A stretch of 64,000 nucleotides of DNA, from positions 866-64,865 of the forward strand of contig CAZKBE010000001.1 of the NCBI GenBank assembly GCA_964551115.1. The letters run 5' to 3'. The position numbers and the translations under genes were made by a program. Source of the stretch: Candidatus Woesearchaeota archaeon. Lineage in GTDB: Archaea > Nanobdellota > Nanobdellia > Pacearchaeales > GW2011-AR1. Shown here in pieces: positions 29,412 to 39,429 of the stretch (position 1 is the stretch's first letter; every line of letters begins with the position of its first letter). The notes under the pieces are model-generated. The model saw nothing but the letters and a program-made list of their open reading frames with translations, was not told the origin of the DNA and ran no database searches.

Positions 29412-29900
29412 TCATTTCTTTTGAATTTTGATCATATCGCTTAAACTTTCTTTTTTTGCTGAAATTATCTCTTTTGTTTTAGAATCTATTTTTATCTTTA
29501 ATAAGTCCATAGAAGCACTTAGACAGGTCAGATTCCACTCCTTTTCGGTTAGTACTCCTATTATCTTCCCGGTGCTATGTTGGATTTCTTTCTTTTTCTT
29601 TATTTCCTCAACTTCTGTCCAAAGATCTTCAAGATCGATAGTTATATCTTTTAGACTTTTTAACTCGGCATATTCTTTATTTTCTTCTTGAGAATAAAAA
29701 ATTTCTCCAAATGGACTTTCAGAATAAGCAACTTTTTTCTTAGATGGAATAAAAAAATCTAAGTTGATTTTATCTCCTTCTGTTTCTTCCTTATTCAATA
29801 TGCAAAATATTGCGCAGAGATATGCGTCAGGGTTATCTTTTTTAAATTCTTTAAAGAATTCTTTACTTTCTAGTCTTTTTAAAAAATCTATGGATTTCAT
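29412..29900 (-). CDS. Hypothetical protein
   Basis: 162-aa ORF with a plausible globular composition. Confidence 0.75.
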   Translation of the reverse strand: MKSIDFLKRLESKEFFKEFKKDNPDAYLCAIFCILNKEETEGDKINLDFFIPSKKKVAYSESPFGEIFYSQEENKEYAELKSLKDITIDLEDLWTEVEEIKKKKEIQHSTGKIIGVLTEKEWNLTCLSASMDLLKIKIDSKTKEIISAKKESLSDMIKIQKK

Positions 29901-29972
29901 AATCTAAATCCACAAATCTGATTAATAAATCTTATGGTAAACATTTAAAAACAAGGGCGTCCAGATATCTAT

Positions 29973-30362
29973 ATGGAAATATTTTCTTTGATAGGTATTA
30001 TTATCACTGTAATTCTCTTAGATTTCATTTGGTTAAATTTTGTTGCTCGAAAATTTTACTTAAAGGAATTTAAGACGGTTGGAAACATAAAGAATAATCA
30101 TTGGCAACCCAATTGGATTGCGGCATGTTTTGTTTATGTGGTAATCTCTTTAGGGATTTTTATCTTCGTAATGCCACGATCTAATAATCCTCTTAATGCG
30201 TTAATTTATGGAGCATTACTTGGAATATTAACTTATGGGCTCTATGACTTAACTAATAAAGCGACATTAAAGGGTTATTCTTGGAAATTGACGGTTGTTG
30301 ATTCTCTTTGGGGAGCAATTATCTACGGGGTTTCGAGTTTTATCGGAAAGCTATTAATTTAA
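29973..30362 (+). CDS. DUF2177 membrane protein
   Basis: LLDFIWL...FY, YGLYDLTNKATLKGY....VDSLWG. Confidence 0.88.
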   Translation: MEIFSLIGIIITVILLDFIWLNFVARKFYLKEFKTVGNIKNNHWQPNWIAACFVYVVISLGIFIFVMPRSNNPLNALIYGALLGILTYGLYDLTNKATLKGYSWKLTVVDSLWGAIIYGVSSFIGKLLI

Positions 30363-30471
30363 TCTTTTATTCAACCTTTGTGGATTTATCCCCTACTCTT
30401 TTGTTTATTCCATCAAAACCCTTATAAAACCTGTTTGACTAGTCTGATTATCCTTTTGGATACTTTAAAAA

Positions 30472-31350
30472 ATGAAACACAAATTTACTATTACCTTTAT
30501 TCTTCTCGGGTTGTTTCTTTTAAGTCAGTTAATTGGTCTTTTTATAATCGATAGAGGGACTATTCCGGGTTTACTTAGCCAGAATAATGACTCCGATAGT
30601 CCTTTTGGAATGTTTTTTAGCATGCTTGTTTCTTTTATAATTGCGATTACTTTTTTCTTTTTCTTAATACGGTATAAGTGGATTTATTTTTTGAAGATTT
30701 GGTTTGGATTAGTTATATTAATTACCTTGGGAATTGTAATCAATTCTTTCTTTTTTATGAATGGGTATTTAGGTGATATTTACTTTTATTATTCTTTATT
30801 ATTAGCTCTTCCACTAGTCTTATTGAAAATTATCCGACCTTCTATTATTATTCATAATTTAACCGAGATTTTTATTTATGCAGGCTTAAGTCTGATTTTT
30901 GTGGATTTTTTAACTCCTACTACTGTAATTGTTTTATTAATCCTTATTTCTTTCTACGATATGTGGGCTGTTTGGCATTCAGGAGTAATGCAAAAAATGG
31001 CTAAGTTTCAGATGTCTGAAATGAAGATTTTTAATGGTTTTTTAATCCCTTATTTAACTAAGGAGTTGAGAGAGAAATTGAAGAAAAATCATGGTACTAA
31101 TAGGGTTAAGGTTCCTGTTGCTATGCTTGGTGGTGGAGACATTGCATTTACACTTATTCCTGCAGGAGTTTTTTTAAAGGCGTTTGGCTGGATTCCTGCA
31201 CTGCTTGTTGTATTTGGTGCATTTTTAGGATTATCTTATTTGTTATTTAGATCTGAAAAGAAAAAGTTTTATCCGGCTATGCCTTTTATAACCTTGGGAA
31301 TATTTTTTGGTATCCTTTTAGCTTTTTTTTCTGGTTTTCTAAACTTATGA
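30472..31350 (+). CDS. Presenilin/SPP-family intramembrane aspartyl protease
   Basis: FYDMWAVW (YD), LGGGD (GxGD), PAMP (PAL-like); about 9 TM segments. Confidence 0.92.
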   Translation: MKHKFTITFILLGLFLLSQLIGLFIIDRGTIPGLLSQNNDSDSPFGMFFSMLVSFIIAITFFFFLIRYKWIYFLKIWFGLVILITLGIVINSFFFMNGYLGDIYFYYSLLLALPLVLLKIIRPSIIIHNLTEIFIYAGLSLIFVDFLTPTTVIVLLILISFYDMWAVWHSGVMQKMAKFQMSEMKIFNGFLIPYLTKELREKLKKNHGTNRVKVPVAMLGGGDIAFTLIPAGVFLKAFGWIPALLVVFGAFLGLSYLLFRSEKKKFYPAMPFITLGIFFGILLAFFSGFLNL

Positions 31351-31423
31351 TTTGTAACTACCTAAAAAAGACAACTAGGCGAAAGATTTATAAAGGGTTT
31401 TATCTGTTTATAGTAATAACAAA

Positions 31424-31681
31424 ATGGTAGACCAAAACCCTAGAGTAACTCAATTAATCGAAATTTATAGTGGGATCTCCGTAACTGAAGTTCCTTCCCA
31501 AACAGTATACGATCTTTCTTCAAGAGATCTAAGTAGTTCTCCTTTTAATAACAATGTCATTTTAAGTCAATCTCAAGGGATTTATTTAGATCCTCAAGAA
31601 GATTTAGTAGACATTGTTTCGAATGATCCTGCATTATTAATTAAATCCCTAGAAATTAAATCCCTAGGTAATTCCGATTAA
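31424..31681 (+). CDS. Hypothetical small acidic protein upstream of TrmB paralogue 2
   Basis: 85-aa ORF after a clear TATA box; stop is 1 nt before the trmB ATG. Confidence 0.6.
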   Translation: MVDQNPRVTQLIEIYSGISVTEVPSQTVYDLSSRDLSSSPFNNNVILSQSQGIYLDPQEDLVDIVSNDPALLIKSLEIKSLGNSD

Positions 31682-31682
31682 G

Positions 31683-32468
31683 ATGGCTATAATAAAACCT
31701 GAGTTAATTAAAAGAATAAAGGATTATTTCGATTTAAATATTTATGAAACCAAGGTTTGGTTAGCTTTACTTTCTAAGGGTATTTCTTCTGCTGGAGAGA
31801 TAGCAGAGGCTTCTGGCGTTCCAAGGTCTAGAACTTATGACGTCTTAGAAGGACTTGAGAAAAGAGGATTTACTATTGAAAAGATTGGAAAACCTGTAAA
31901 GTACATTGCAGTAAAACCGTCTGTAATCATTGAAAAATTAAAGAATAACACTATGAAAAATGCGGAGGAAAAGGTTCAGGTTTTAGATAAACTTAGAGAG
32001 AGTAAAGAGTATGAAGAGATTCAAGAATTACATAATAGTGGTATGGAACCATTAAAGAATCAAAATATTTCTAGTTCTATTAAGGGTCGATCTAATTTGT
32101 ATAGTCAGATGAGAGATACAATGGAGTCTGCAGAAGATAGTATTCATTTAGCTACTTCTTCTTTTGAGTTGAATAATAAGGTTAGGATGTTTACTGAAGT
32201 TTTTGCAAAATTAAAAAAAAGAAATGTAGATATAAAAGTCATAATTCCAGAAGATGATACAGAAGCAAAAAAATTAGCTAAAAAATTTAATGTGCTAATA
32301 AAATCTAAGGAAGTTAATGGTAGATTTGTAATCGTTGATAGAAAGGAAATTTTGTTTACAATTAAATCCAGTTTAACACATGAAGATACAGATAATGCTT
32401 TTTGGATAAACTCCTCTTTTTTTACTAGTTCTTTAGCGTATATGTTTGAACTGGCTTGGAAAGATTAA
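31683..32468 (+). CDS. TrmB-family regulator (paralogue 2)
   Basis: FDLNIYETKVW...VPRSRTYDVLEGLEKRG. Confidence 0.9.
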   Translation: MAIIKPELIKRIKDYFDLNIYETKVWLALLSKGISSAGEIAEASGVPRSRTYDVLEGLEKRGFTIEKIGKPVKYIAVKPSVIIEKLKNNTMKNAEEKVQVLDKLRESKEYEEIQELHNSGMEPLKNQNISSSIKGRSNLYSQMRDTMESAEDSIHLATSSFELNNKVRMFTEVFAKLKKRNVDIKVIIPEDDTEAKKLAKKFNVLIKSKEVNGRFVIVDRKEILFTIKSSLTHEDTDNAFWINSSFFTSSLAYMFELAWKD

Positions 32469-32469
32469 A

Positions 32470-32706
32470 ATGGATTCTTATACACTTGGATTCTATGATT
32501 CTAATCATCGAGAAGGATTTTGTTTATGGAAGGTAGACGGGTTTTTAAATAAAGTTAACTATGCCCGTGGTTTTATTTTGCAGAAAATTCCAAACTTTAG
32601 ATTATCTGAAGGACCAATAGAAATCGATTCACTTAGTTTACTTAAGTGCTTAAAAGCCCGTGAAGCCGGCTTAGTTAAAAAATTGGAAAATGAAAGAGAA
32701 AATTAA
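32470..32706 (+). CDS. Hypothetical protein (ORFan)
   Basis: Starts 1 nt after the trmB stop (MDSYTL). Confidence 0.55.
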   Translation: MDSYTLGFYDSNHREGFCLWKVDGFLNKVNYARGFILQKIPNFRLSEGPIEIDSLSLLKCLKAREAGLVKKLENEREN

Positions 32707-32995
32707 GATAAATATTGAAATACCAACCACTTTTGAAACTGGTGTAAGACAGTGTTCTAATTGTTTAGATAAAAAGATAAGTCAAGAAGTATCTGGGTCT
32801 CTTGGAAGGGTTTCTTTAGCTAATATGGTCGCAAATGTTGAATGTGCTTGTGGTTTAAACTATCCCGTAAGTTATTCTGTCCATTATGATCCTTCTGGAG
32901 AAAGAACAATGATACAGCTTCTTCCATTAGATGATGAAGTTAACGTTACCTTTGATGAATATTTTTTAAACAGAGAATTAACAGATGGGAATTGA
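32690..32995 (+). CDS. Hypothetical Cys-motif protein (CxxC...CxC)
   Basis: CSNC and ECACG; overlaps both neighbours. Confidence 0.6.
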   Translation: MKEKIKINIEIPTTFETGVRQCSNCLDKKISQEVSGSLGRVSLANMVANVECACGLNYPVSYSVHYDPSGERTMIQLLPLDDEVNVTFDEYFLNRELTDGN

Positions 32996-33248
32996 TAGTG
33001 ATCTTGCAAGGAGAATAACCTTAACCGAGGCTTATTTAGCATATGGGGAATTAATTCATTCTCATGCTCATTTCGTAAGTGAAATGTCAAAACAAAGAGT
33101 AATAGTACCTTCCGACTATTCTTTTGGTTTAAGAATATTTGCAGACGTTTTTAAAAGTCTTGGAGAAAAATATGATCTTCCAGGATTTAAAGTTCTTACA
33201 CGAGATATGGCTTCTTCAATAGAAGAAGAAGCAAGATTTTGGAGATAG
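32985..33248 (+). CDS. Hypothetical protein (ORFan)
   Basis: 87 aa; overlapping start. Confidence 0.55.
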   Translation: MGIDSDLARRITLTEAYLAYGELIHSHAHFVSEMSKQRVIVPSDYSFGLRIFADVFKSLGEKYDLPGFKVLTRDMASSIEEEARFWR

Positions 33249-33252
33249 TATT

Positions 33253-34011
33253 TTATATAACTTGCAGTTTAACCAACCATCTCCACTTATTCGGAGCAAT
33301 ATCTCCTGCTTTTCTTATATACATAACCTTGAGTCTTTTATTGTTTACTTCTTCTAATACTTTTTCGTTTGTTCCAAAGCCATGATAAAATATTATTGTT
33401 CCTTTTTTAGAAAATTTAAGTGCAGAATTTATGAAAGACTCCTTTAGATTGGGCCTTGGCATGAAAATTATATCAAATTTTTCTTTTATGTTTATCTTTC
33501 TTGAATCCCCTTGTAATATTTTTACCTTATCTTCTACTTTGTTTAGAAGAATATTTTTTGTAGCATACTCGGAAGCCTTTTTATTTAGTTCTGAAGAATA
33601 AATATTTATATTCATTTTTTTTACCATCTTAGCTAAAACAATTGCATATGGTGCAACTCCGCCAAACATTATAAGTACTTTTGAATTATTTTTTAGGTGT
33701 TTTGAAGCATCTTCAGCAGTTATCTTTCTTTCATTTGAGAGTCTTGGGGAAAAATATGTTTCATCTACATTTAGAAAGAATTTACATTGATTTTCATTAT
33801 GTATCGTTTCTCTTTTATTTATTCCAGATAGAAATCTCGTCTCAAATTTTCTAAGAACTCCTCTAATGTCCGTTGTTTTTTCTAAAACTGTAACCATTTG
33901 TTTATGTTTTCTTAAGAAATTCCAGGCAAAGAATTTTTTATATATATAAGGATAATATCCATGAAATTTTACTATTGCAATGTCTCCAATTGTATCTATT
34001 GATTTTGTCAT
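33253..34011 (-). CDS. Trm5/Met10-like SAM-dependent tRNA methyltransferase
   Basis: DTIGDIAIV, TIHNEN..F..NV...YFSPRLSNER, MFGGVAPYAI, FD.I.MP.P. Confidence 0.88.
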   Translation of the reverse strand: MTKSIDTIGDIAIVKFHGYYPYIYKKFFAWNFLRKHKQMVTVLEKTTDIRGVLRKFETRFLSGINKRETIHNENQCKFFLNVDETYFSPRLSNERKITAEDASKHLKNNSKVLIMFGGVAPYAIVLAKMVKKMNINIYSSELNKKASEYATKNILLNKVEDKVKILQGDSRKINIKEKFDIIFMPRPNLKESFINSALKFSKKGTIIFYHGFGTNEKVLEEVNNKRLKVMYIRKAGDIAPNKWRWLVKLQVI

Positions 34012-34091
34012 TTTTTCTTTAATTTCTTTATACTTTTAAATGTTGTCTATCTCATTAGGAAATTTTGTAGTTTATTAAACTTTGATGTTAG

Positions 34092-35120
34092 CTAAATAGA
34101 ATACGCTTCTTTATGCAGTTTATGTACTGTCTTATCTTCTCGTATGTGCTTTAATAGTTTATTAATCTCTTTAGCTACTGCATTTTTTAGATCCATGGGA
34201 TGTAATTTGTTATCTATAAAATCTTTTTCAATTTCGGAATAGGTAGAATATTCTTTATTTCCACCAAATTTTTCTGGACGCTCGATAATAAACTTTTCAT
34301 TTCTATCTGTTTTTAATACAAATATTAAGTATCTTAATAGTGCTAAAATTCCATTATCCGGATTACCTTCAACACATTCTGCTTTATTCACCTTTCTAAT
34401 AACCTCTGCTTCTTCTTCAAGTGTGTCTATTTTCGTTGAAGGTATACTTGAGCTCATTTTAGCCCCAACTAGCCCTCGAATCATAGGGTTCATTATCTCA
34501 ATTCTAGGTTTATAACCTATCTTTGGAAGATATTCTCTTGCATAAACCATTATTTTTCTTTGATCCACTCCCCCAAATTGCGCATCTACTTTTAAATATT
34601 CCTCGTCTAGTGCTTGCATCAATGGGTAGATTATGCCGGACATTTTAGGATTTTCACCCAATTTAACTACTTCTGCAGCAGCATGTTTAGCATCATTAAT
34701 TGAGGTATAGGTAGAAAGTTTTAGTAAATCATTAAAATACTTCTTGTCTAATTGTAATTCACTTCCTTTAATAAACTCTAATTTAGATATGTCTACGTTT
34801 ATTGTTTCTAAAATAAGTATTATAATCCTTTCATAATATTTGTATCTTTTTTCAAGAATGTTCCAGGGAACACTGTCTAATGCTGCATGTAAGTCTGCTA
34901 GCAATATTTTTACTTTTATTCCTGCTTTTAAAAAGTCTGCAATTTTCATCATTGGAAAAAAATAAGCAATGGAGATACTACCTGTAGGCATAGTGCCCCA
35001 GTATAATGAAATTTCTTTTTTTTCTTTAATCAGTTTTTTTAATTCTTCTTCACCAATTATCTCTTCTGTATTTCTCTTGATTAATTCAAATTTTTCTTGA
35101 GCACTTAGTTCTTTAGTCAT
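34092..35120 (-). CDS. tyrS: Tyrosine--tRNA ligase (archaeal/eukaryotic type)
   Basis: LLADLHA, YPLMQALDEEYLKVDAQFGGVDQRK, KMSSS, LHPMDLK. Confidence 0.96.
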   Translation of the reverse strand: MTKELSAQEKFELIKRNTEEIIGEEELKKLIKEKKEISLYWGTMPTGSISIAYFFPMMKIADFLKAGIKVKILLADLHAALDSVPWNILEKRYKYYERIIILILETINVDISKLEFIKGSELQLDKKYFNDLLKLSTYTSINDAKHAAAEVVKLGENPKMSGIIYPLMQALDEEYLKVDAQFGGVDQRKIMVYAREYLPKIGYKPRIEIMNPMIRGLVGAKMSSSIPSTKIDTLEEEAEVIRKVNKAECVEGNPDNGILALLRYLIFVLKTDRNEKFIIERPEKFGGNKEYSTYSEIEKDFIDNKLHPMDLKNAVAKEINKLLKHIREDKTVHKLHKEAYSI

Positions 35121-35140
35121 GAAAGTTCTAAAAGGACTAC

Positions 35141-35575
35141 TTATTTAAATCTTTGGAAGTTATCTGCATAGAGTGTTGGTTTTAGAGTTCTAATTCTTTC
35201 TAATTGTTCTGAAGAAGGACCCATTCGGTAAACCATTTTACATTTAGGACACTGTTCAAACTGTTCTTTTAGATTAAGCGTTGAAAAAATATAGTAATAA
35301 ATAAATGAAGGCCCAAACTCTGCTCCTCCTAGAACAGAACTTCTAGACTCTGCAAAAACATCTTTCAACTGATTTCCATCATAAAAACAGTTATCTATAT
35401 GCCATTGACATTCTAAAATTGGTAGCTCTTTGTTCCAATTTATCCTCATTATCCGTCTTAGGTATTCTTGTGCTGGATTTTCTTTTGATCTGATTAGTTC
35501 TAACTCTTTAAAAATCTCTTTTTGTTTTTTATGTGCTTGATCCTTCCATTCTTTTATATTTTCAAGTGTGGGCAT
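35141..35575 (-). CDS. Hypothetical protein with CxxC
   Basis: 144 aa; CQWH and QCPKCK; TATA upstream. Confidence 0.65.
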   Translation of the reverse strand: MPTLENIKEWKDQAHKKQKEIFKELELIRSKENPAQEYLRRIMRINWNKELPILECQWHIDNCFYDGNQLKDVFAESRSSVLGGAEFGPSFIYYYIFSTLNLKEQFEQCPKCKMVYRMGPSSEQLERIRTLKPTLYADNFQRFK

Positions 35576-35676
35576 AGTACTTAGAAAGGATTATTATTTA
35601 AAAGGATTTATGTTATTAAAATAACTTTAAGAGTTCTTTTAATAAACTATTTAAATAGCTCAATTTTAAGATTTTT

Positions 35677-36591
35677 ATGGATCGGAAAAAGGTGGGACTT
35701 GCTTTAAGTGGTGGCGGGGCAAGAGGACTTGCACATATAGGCGTTTTAAAAGTCTTAGAGGAGAATAATATTCCCATAGACGTTATTTCTGGAACTAGTA
35801 TGGGGGCTTTTATAGGGGCTTTTTATGCTTCTAGAAAGAATATTAAAGTTGTTGAGGAAGAAATTCTTTCTATTGGTTGGAAAAATATATTCGACTATAC
35901 TATTCCTACGAAAGGACTTATTAGGGGAGATAAGATAGAATCTATTCTGACTCAAAAGTTAGGGCGATTAAAATTTAATGATTTAAAGATTCCTCTTTTG
36001 GTAACCTCTTATGACATCCGAAATGATCAGGAAGTAGTTTTTACGAAAGGAGACTTGATAAAATCCATAAGGGCTAGTATTTCTATTCCAGGTATTTTTG
36101 TTCCTGTTTCAAACAAACACCAAATATTGGTTGATGGTGGATTAGTAGATCCTGTGCCGACTGAGATTCTTAAGGATCGGGCAGATATAATTATTGCAGT
36201 AAATGTTAATAAAATTAAGAAAAGAAAGATTGTTCTTGGAGAAACTGCCCTTATTGAGAGAGATAAAGATATTCTTCCGAGCGTTTTTGAGTGTACTACT
36301 AAGGCATTACAAGTCTTAAGTTCTGAAGTAAGTGAACATGATCTTGTTGGTGAAGAGATAAGTCTGATTATTGATGTAGACTTGGGGGACAAGGGCGTAT
36401 TAGATTTTAGTAATCCAGAAAGTATAATAAAAAAAGGCGAAGAGGCCGCTAGAGCCATGTTGAAGAAGATAAAATCTGTATCAAAACCAAACTCATTTAA
36501 GAACTTTTTTATGAGTTTACAAGAAGGTTTAGAGAAAAACAATTTAGGTATTGGGAATATTTCTAAAACTATTGAAAAATTAGGAAACTAG
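35677..36591 (+). CDS. Patatin-like phospholipase
   Basis: LSGGGARG, GTSMG, ASISIPG, LVDGG. Confidence 0.95.
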   Translation: MDRKKVGLALSGGGARGLAHIGVLKVLEENNIPIDVISGTSMGAFIGAFYASRKNIKVVEEEILSIGWKNIFDYTIPTKGLIRGDKIESILTQKLGRLKFNDLKIPLLVTSYDIRNDQEVVFTKGDLIKSIRASISIPGIFVPVSNKHQILVDGGLVDPVPTEILKDRADIIIAVNVNKIKKRKIVLGETALIERDKDILPSVFECTTKALQVLSSEVSEHDLVGEEISLIIDVDLGDKGVLDFSNPESIIKKGEEAARAMLKKIKSVSKPNSFKNFFMSLQEGLEKNNLGIGNISKTIEKLGN

Positions 36592-36593
36592 AA

Positions 36594-38060
36594 TTATTTC
36601 TTTATTTCTTGTCCTGCTTTTTCAAATTCAATTTCTTTAGAAAGAAGTTTTCTGATTATCTCTTTTAGTCCTATTATTGGAACTGTTATTTGTTTTGTTG
36701 TATTTCTATCCCTTATTGTTACCGTATTCTCTTGGATACTTTTTTCATCAATAGTAATACATAAAGGTGTTCCTATTTCATCATTCCTAGCATATCTCCT
36801 ACCAACCGATCCACTATCATCGTATGTTACATTCCATTCTTTTCTAAGAGTTAGGTAGATCTCTCTTGCGATATTAACTTGTTTTTCGTCTTTTTTTATT
36901 AAAGGAAATATAGAAACCTTGATTGGAGAAAGAGATGGGTCGAGTTTTAATATAATTTCTTCTTTTTGATTTTGTGTATAAGCATCAAATAAGAAAACTA
37001 AGAAAGCTCTTTCAACCCCTAGGGATGGCTCAGAAATAACCATTGGTAAGAATTTTCTTCCAGATTCTTCATCTCTTATTTCTAGATTCTTATTGGATAT
37101 TTTTTGATGTTGTGTTAAATCAAATGTTCCTCTATCGGCTATACCTTGCAGTTCCTTGAAACCAAATGGAAAGTTATATTCTATATCCCATGTGTCTGTT
37201 GCATAGTGCGATTTTTCATCTTTCATATGTTGTCTGATTCTAAAATTCTCTATATTTGCTCCTAAGGACTTAAACCAATTAAGTTCTGTAGAAAGCCAAT
37301 AAGCATGCCAAGGTAACATAATTAATTTTTTCTTTAATGCTTCTGTTATTTTCATTTTTTCTGCCTTTTTTCCCTTTTCTTGCATTTCTGCGGAGTAAAC
37401 TGTAATTTCTAGATCTTGAATTTGATAAGGACATTCGGTTTTTTTATCTGGATCTATAAAGTATTCAATTTCCATTTGTTCAAATTCTCTACATCTAAAT
37501 AAGAAATTTCTTGGAGCAATTTCATTTCTAAATGATTTTCCTACTTGAGCGATTCCAAAAGGTAATTTTAGTCTATTTGTGTCTGTTATTTGTTTAAAAT
37601 TTGCGAAGATTAGTTGAGCAGTTTCCGGTCTTAAATAGGCAAGAGAAGAATCTTCTTTTATAGGGCCAACTTGTGTTGTAAACATTGGATTAAATTCTCC
37701 TTTGCTTTCCCAATCTCCGCCACATTTTTCACATTTAGTTGTTTCAAGCTCATGTTTATCCACCTTGGATTTATTCTTACATTTTTTACAAACTACGGCC
37801 AAGTCTACAAAAGAATCTACATGTCCGGAAGCTTTCCATACTTTTGGGTGAGTGATGATAGCACCATCAATTCCTACAATGTCTTCTCTGGCATAAATAT
37901 GATACTTCCACCAAGATTCTTTTAAATTTTTCTTTAATTCTGCTCCAAGTGGACCAAAATCCCAAAAACCTGCAAGGCCTCCATAGAGTTCTCCAGATGG
38001 AAAGATAAAACCTTTCCTTTTACAGAACATTGCCATTTCATCTATAGACAGATTCACCAT
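36594..38060 (-). CDS. glyS: Glycine--tRNA ligase (alpha2 type)
   Basis: WKASGHV, YLRPETAQ, SFRNEI, FRCREFEQME, EPSLGVER, SVGRRYAR.DEIGTP. Confidence 0.97.
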   Translation of the reverse strand: MVNLSIDEMAMFCKRKGFIFPSGELYGGLAGFWDFGPLGAELKKNLKESWWKYHIYAREDIVGIDGAIITHPKVWKASGHVDSFVDLAVVCKKCKNKSKVDKHELETTKCEKCGGDWESKGEFNPMFTTQVGPIKEDSSLAYLRPETAQLIFANFKQITDTNRLKLPFGIAQVGKSFRNEIAPRNFLFRCREFEQMEIEYFIDPDKKTECPYQIQDLEITVYSAEMQEKGKKAEKMKITEALKKKLIMLPWHAYWLSTELNWFKSLGANIENFRIRQHMKDEKSHYATDTWDIEYNFPFGFKELQGIADRGTFDLTQHQKISNKNLEIRDEESGRKFLPMVISEPSLGVERAFLVFLFDAYTQNQKEEIILKLDPSLSPIKVSIFPLIKKDEKQVNIAREIYLTLRKEWNVTYDDSGSVGRRYARNDEIGTPLCITIDEKSIQENTVTIRDRNTTKQITVPIIGLKEIIRKLLSKEIEFEKAGQEIKK

Positions 38061-38104
38061 ATTTCTCTTAAAATAATTGGGTTTAAAAGGTTATTCTTGA
38101 GGGG

Positions 38105-38362
38105 CTATTCTCTTACATTGCTATTAAACTTCATAACCGTTAGAACATAACCAATTAGTTTAAAGTCAAAATTTTTACCTAATTTGTCTATTATTGTCTT
38201 AGCAATTTCTTTTGCTTCTTCTTTATCTCTGCAAGCAGATTTTAGAATATCTATTTTTACTTTTCTACAAGTCTTAAACGTTATTTCTAATTGTTTAATG
38301 AACTCTTCAGTGAGTCCTTTTTTTCCTATTTGGAATTTTTTTGTTTCAGTTAGTTGTCTCAT
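38105..38362 (-). CDS. YhbY/CRM-domain RNA-binding protein
   Basis: FQIGKKGLT....I....K....VKIDILKS...IG..L. Confidence 0.85.
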   Translation of the reverse strand: MRQLTETKKFQIGKKGLTEEFIKQLEITFKTCRKVKIDILKSACRDKEEAKEIAKTIIDKLGKNFDFKLIGYVLTVMKFNSNVRE

Positions 38363-38741
38363 TTTGTTTCTCTATAAATTCTTTGATTTCTTGCTTTTTT
38401 ATAACTATCTCTTTCGTATTTTTTACTCCAAATGTGCCAGACTTCATTGATTTTAGCTTATAGATGTCTTTTCCTAGAAAATAATCTATGTTTACATTTT
38501 TCTGATTATCTCTCCAATCCTGGCTATATCTTGCGCAAAATATTGCTGCTTCTTTTAGTTCTTTTTTCGATACGGCTTCACTATCTGCTTTTATATTACA
38601 AAAGGGGCTTCCAGGAAGTTTAGTATGAAGAACAAGTTCGTTTTCATTTACCTGTGCAACCAAATCTTCATTATTTTCCGCACTTTTACCTGCTAAAACT
38701 TGTTTTCCAGTAGTTGTTAGAAATTTACGAAAGGTTACCAT
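38346..38741 (-). CDS. NFACT RNA-binding domain (DUF814) protein
   Basis: LAGKSAENNE, LHTKLPGSPF, EAAIFCARYS..W. Confidence 0.85.
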   Translation of the reverse strand: MVTFRKFLTTTGKQVLAGKSAENNEDLVAQVNENELVLHTKLPGSPFCNIKADSEAVSKKELKEAAIFCARYSQDWRDNQKNVNIDYFLGKDIYKLKSMKSGTFGVKNTKEIVIKKQEIKEFIEKQNETTN

Positions 38742-39325
38742 TTTAAGGCTTCGCCTGCTTTTCTTTTTTTAACTGCCTTAAATGCCTTTTTAATTTCTAC
38801 TAAATTTTTACCATCATATCTTATCACATTGGGATGTTTGAACGTTAGGTTGTTTTTATTTGCTGGCATTATTACTAGTCCCCTTGGTCTATTTTTTAAC
38901 CATCTCTCTATATATTCTGGATAGTCATCAACTAGAATTTTCCCATAAACTAATCCCTTATTTCTAGTCATTGTTACATCTGTTCCTGGAAGGTTTTTAG
39001 CTACCCACTTCATTTTGCCAGCCCAAGAGGCAGGATTTGTTTTTGGTCCTTGAGTTAGAATCATTATCTTAAATCCCTCTTTCTTTGCAATTTTTAAAAT
39101 ATCCCAACCCAGTTGAAATTTAGGCATATTTTCCCACCAGCTCTCTTTTTCTCTTATAATTTTAGCTCTATTTATTATGTATTCTGGATGGATTTTATCT
39201 TGCAAGGAGTATACTTTTTCTTCTTGTGGAGACCTCAATTTCTCCAATTCTTCAAATAATGCCCCGTCATGATCACAAAGTGTTCCATCCATATCAAAGA
39301 GAGCTATTTGTTCAACATTTTCCAT
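38735..39325 (-). CDS. HAD-superfamily 5'(3')-nucleotidase (NT5C-like)
   Basis: LFDMDGTL, ILT..P, K..W, K....G.ILVDD.P. Confidence 0.85.
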   Translation of the reverse strand: MENVEQIALFDMDGTLCDHDGALFEELEKLRSPQEEKVYSLQDKIHPEYIINRAKIIREKESWWENMPKFQLGWDILKIAKKEGFKIMILTQGPKTNPASWAGKMKWVAKNLPGTDVTMTRNKGLVYGKILVDDYPEYIERWLKNRPRGLVIMPANKNNLTFKHPNVIRYDGKNLVEIKKAFKAVKKRKAGEALKW

Positions 39326-39429
39326 ATTTTCTTTAGCATATCTTGCTATTTATATCTTTCTTTTAGTTATTAATCTACTCTAATTATTATTATTTAAATA
39401 TTTATAAAGTATGAATTATTGAGTAGTTT

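Noticed and set aside
36027..36542. 171-aa antisense ORF in the patatin gene, and many similar 60-120 aa antisense ORFs
   Set aside because: S/F/I/L-rich mirror translations of real genes, typical of AT-rich codon bias.
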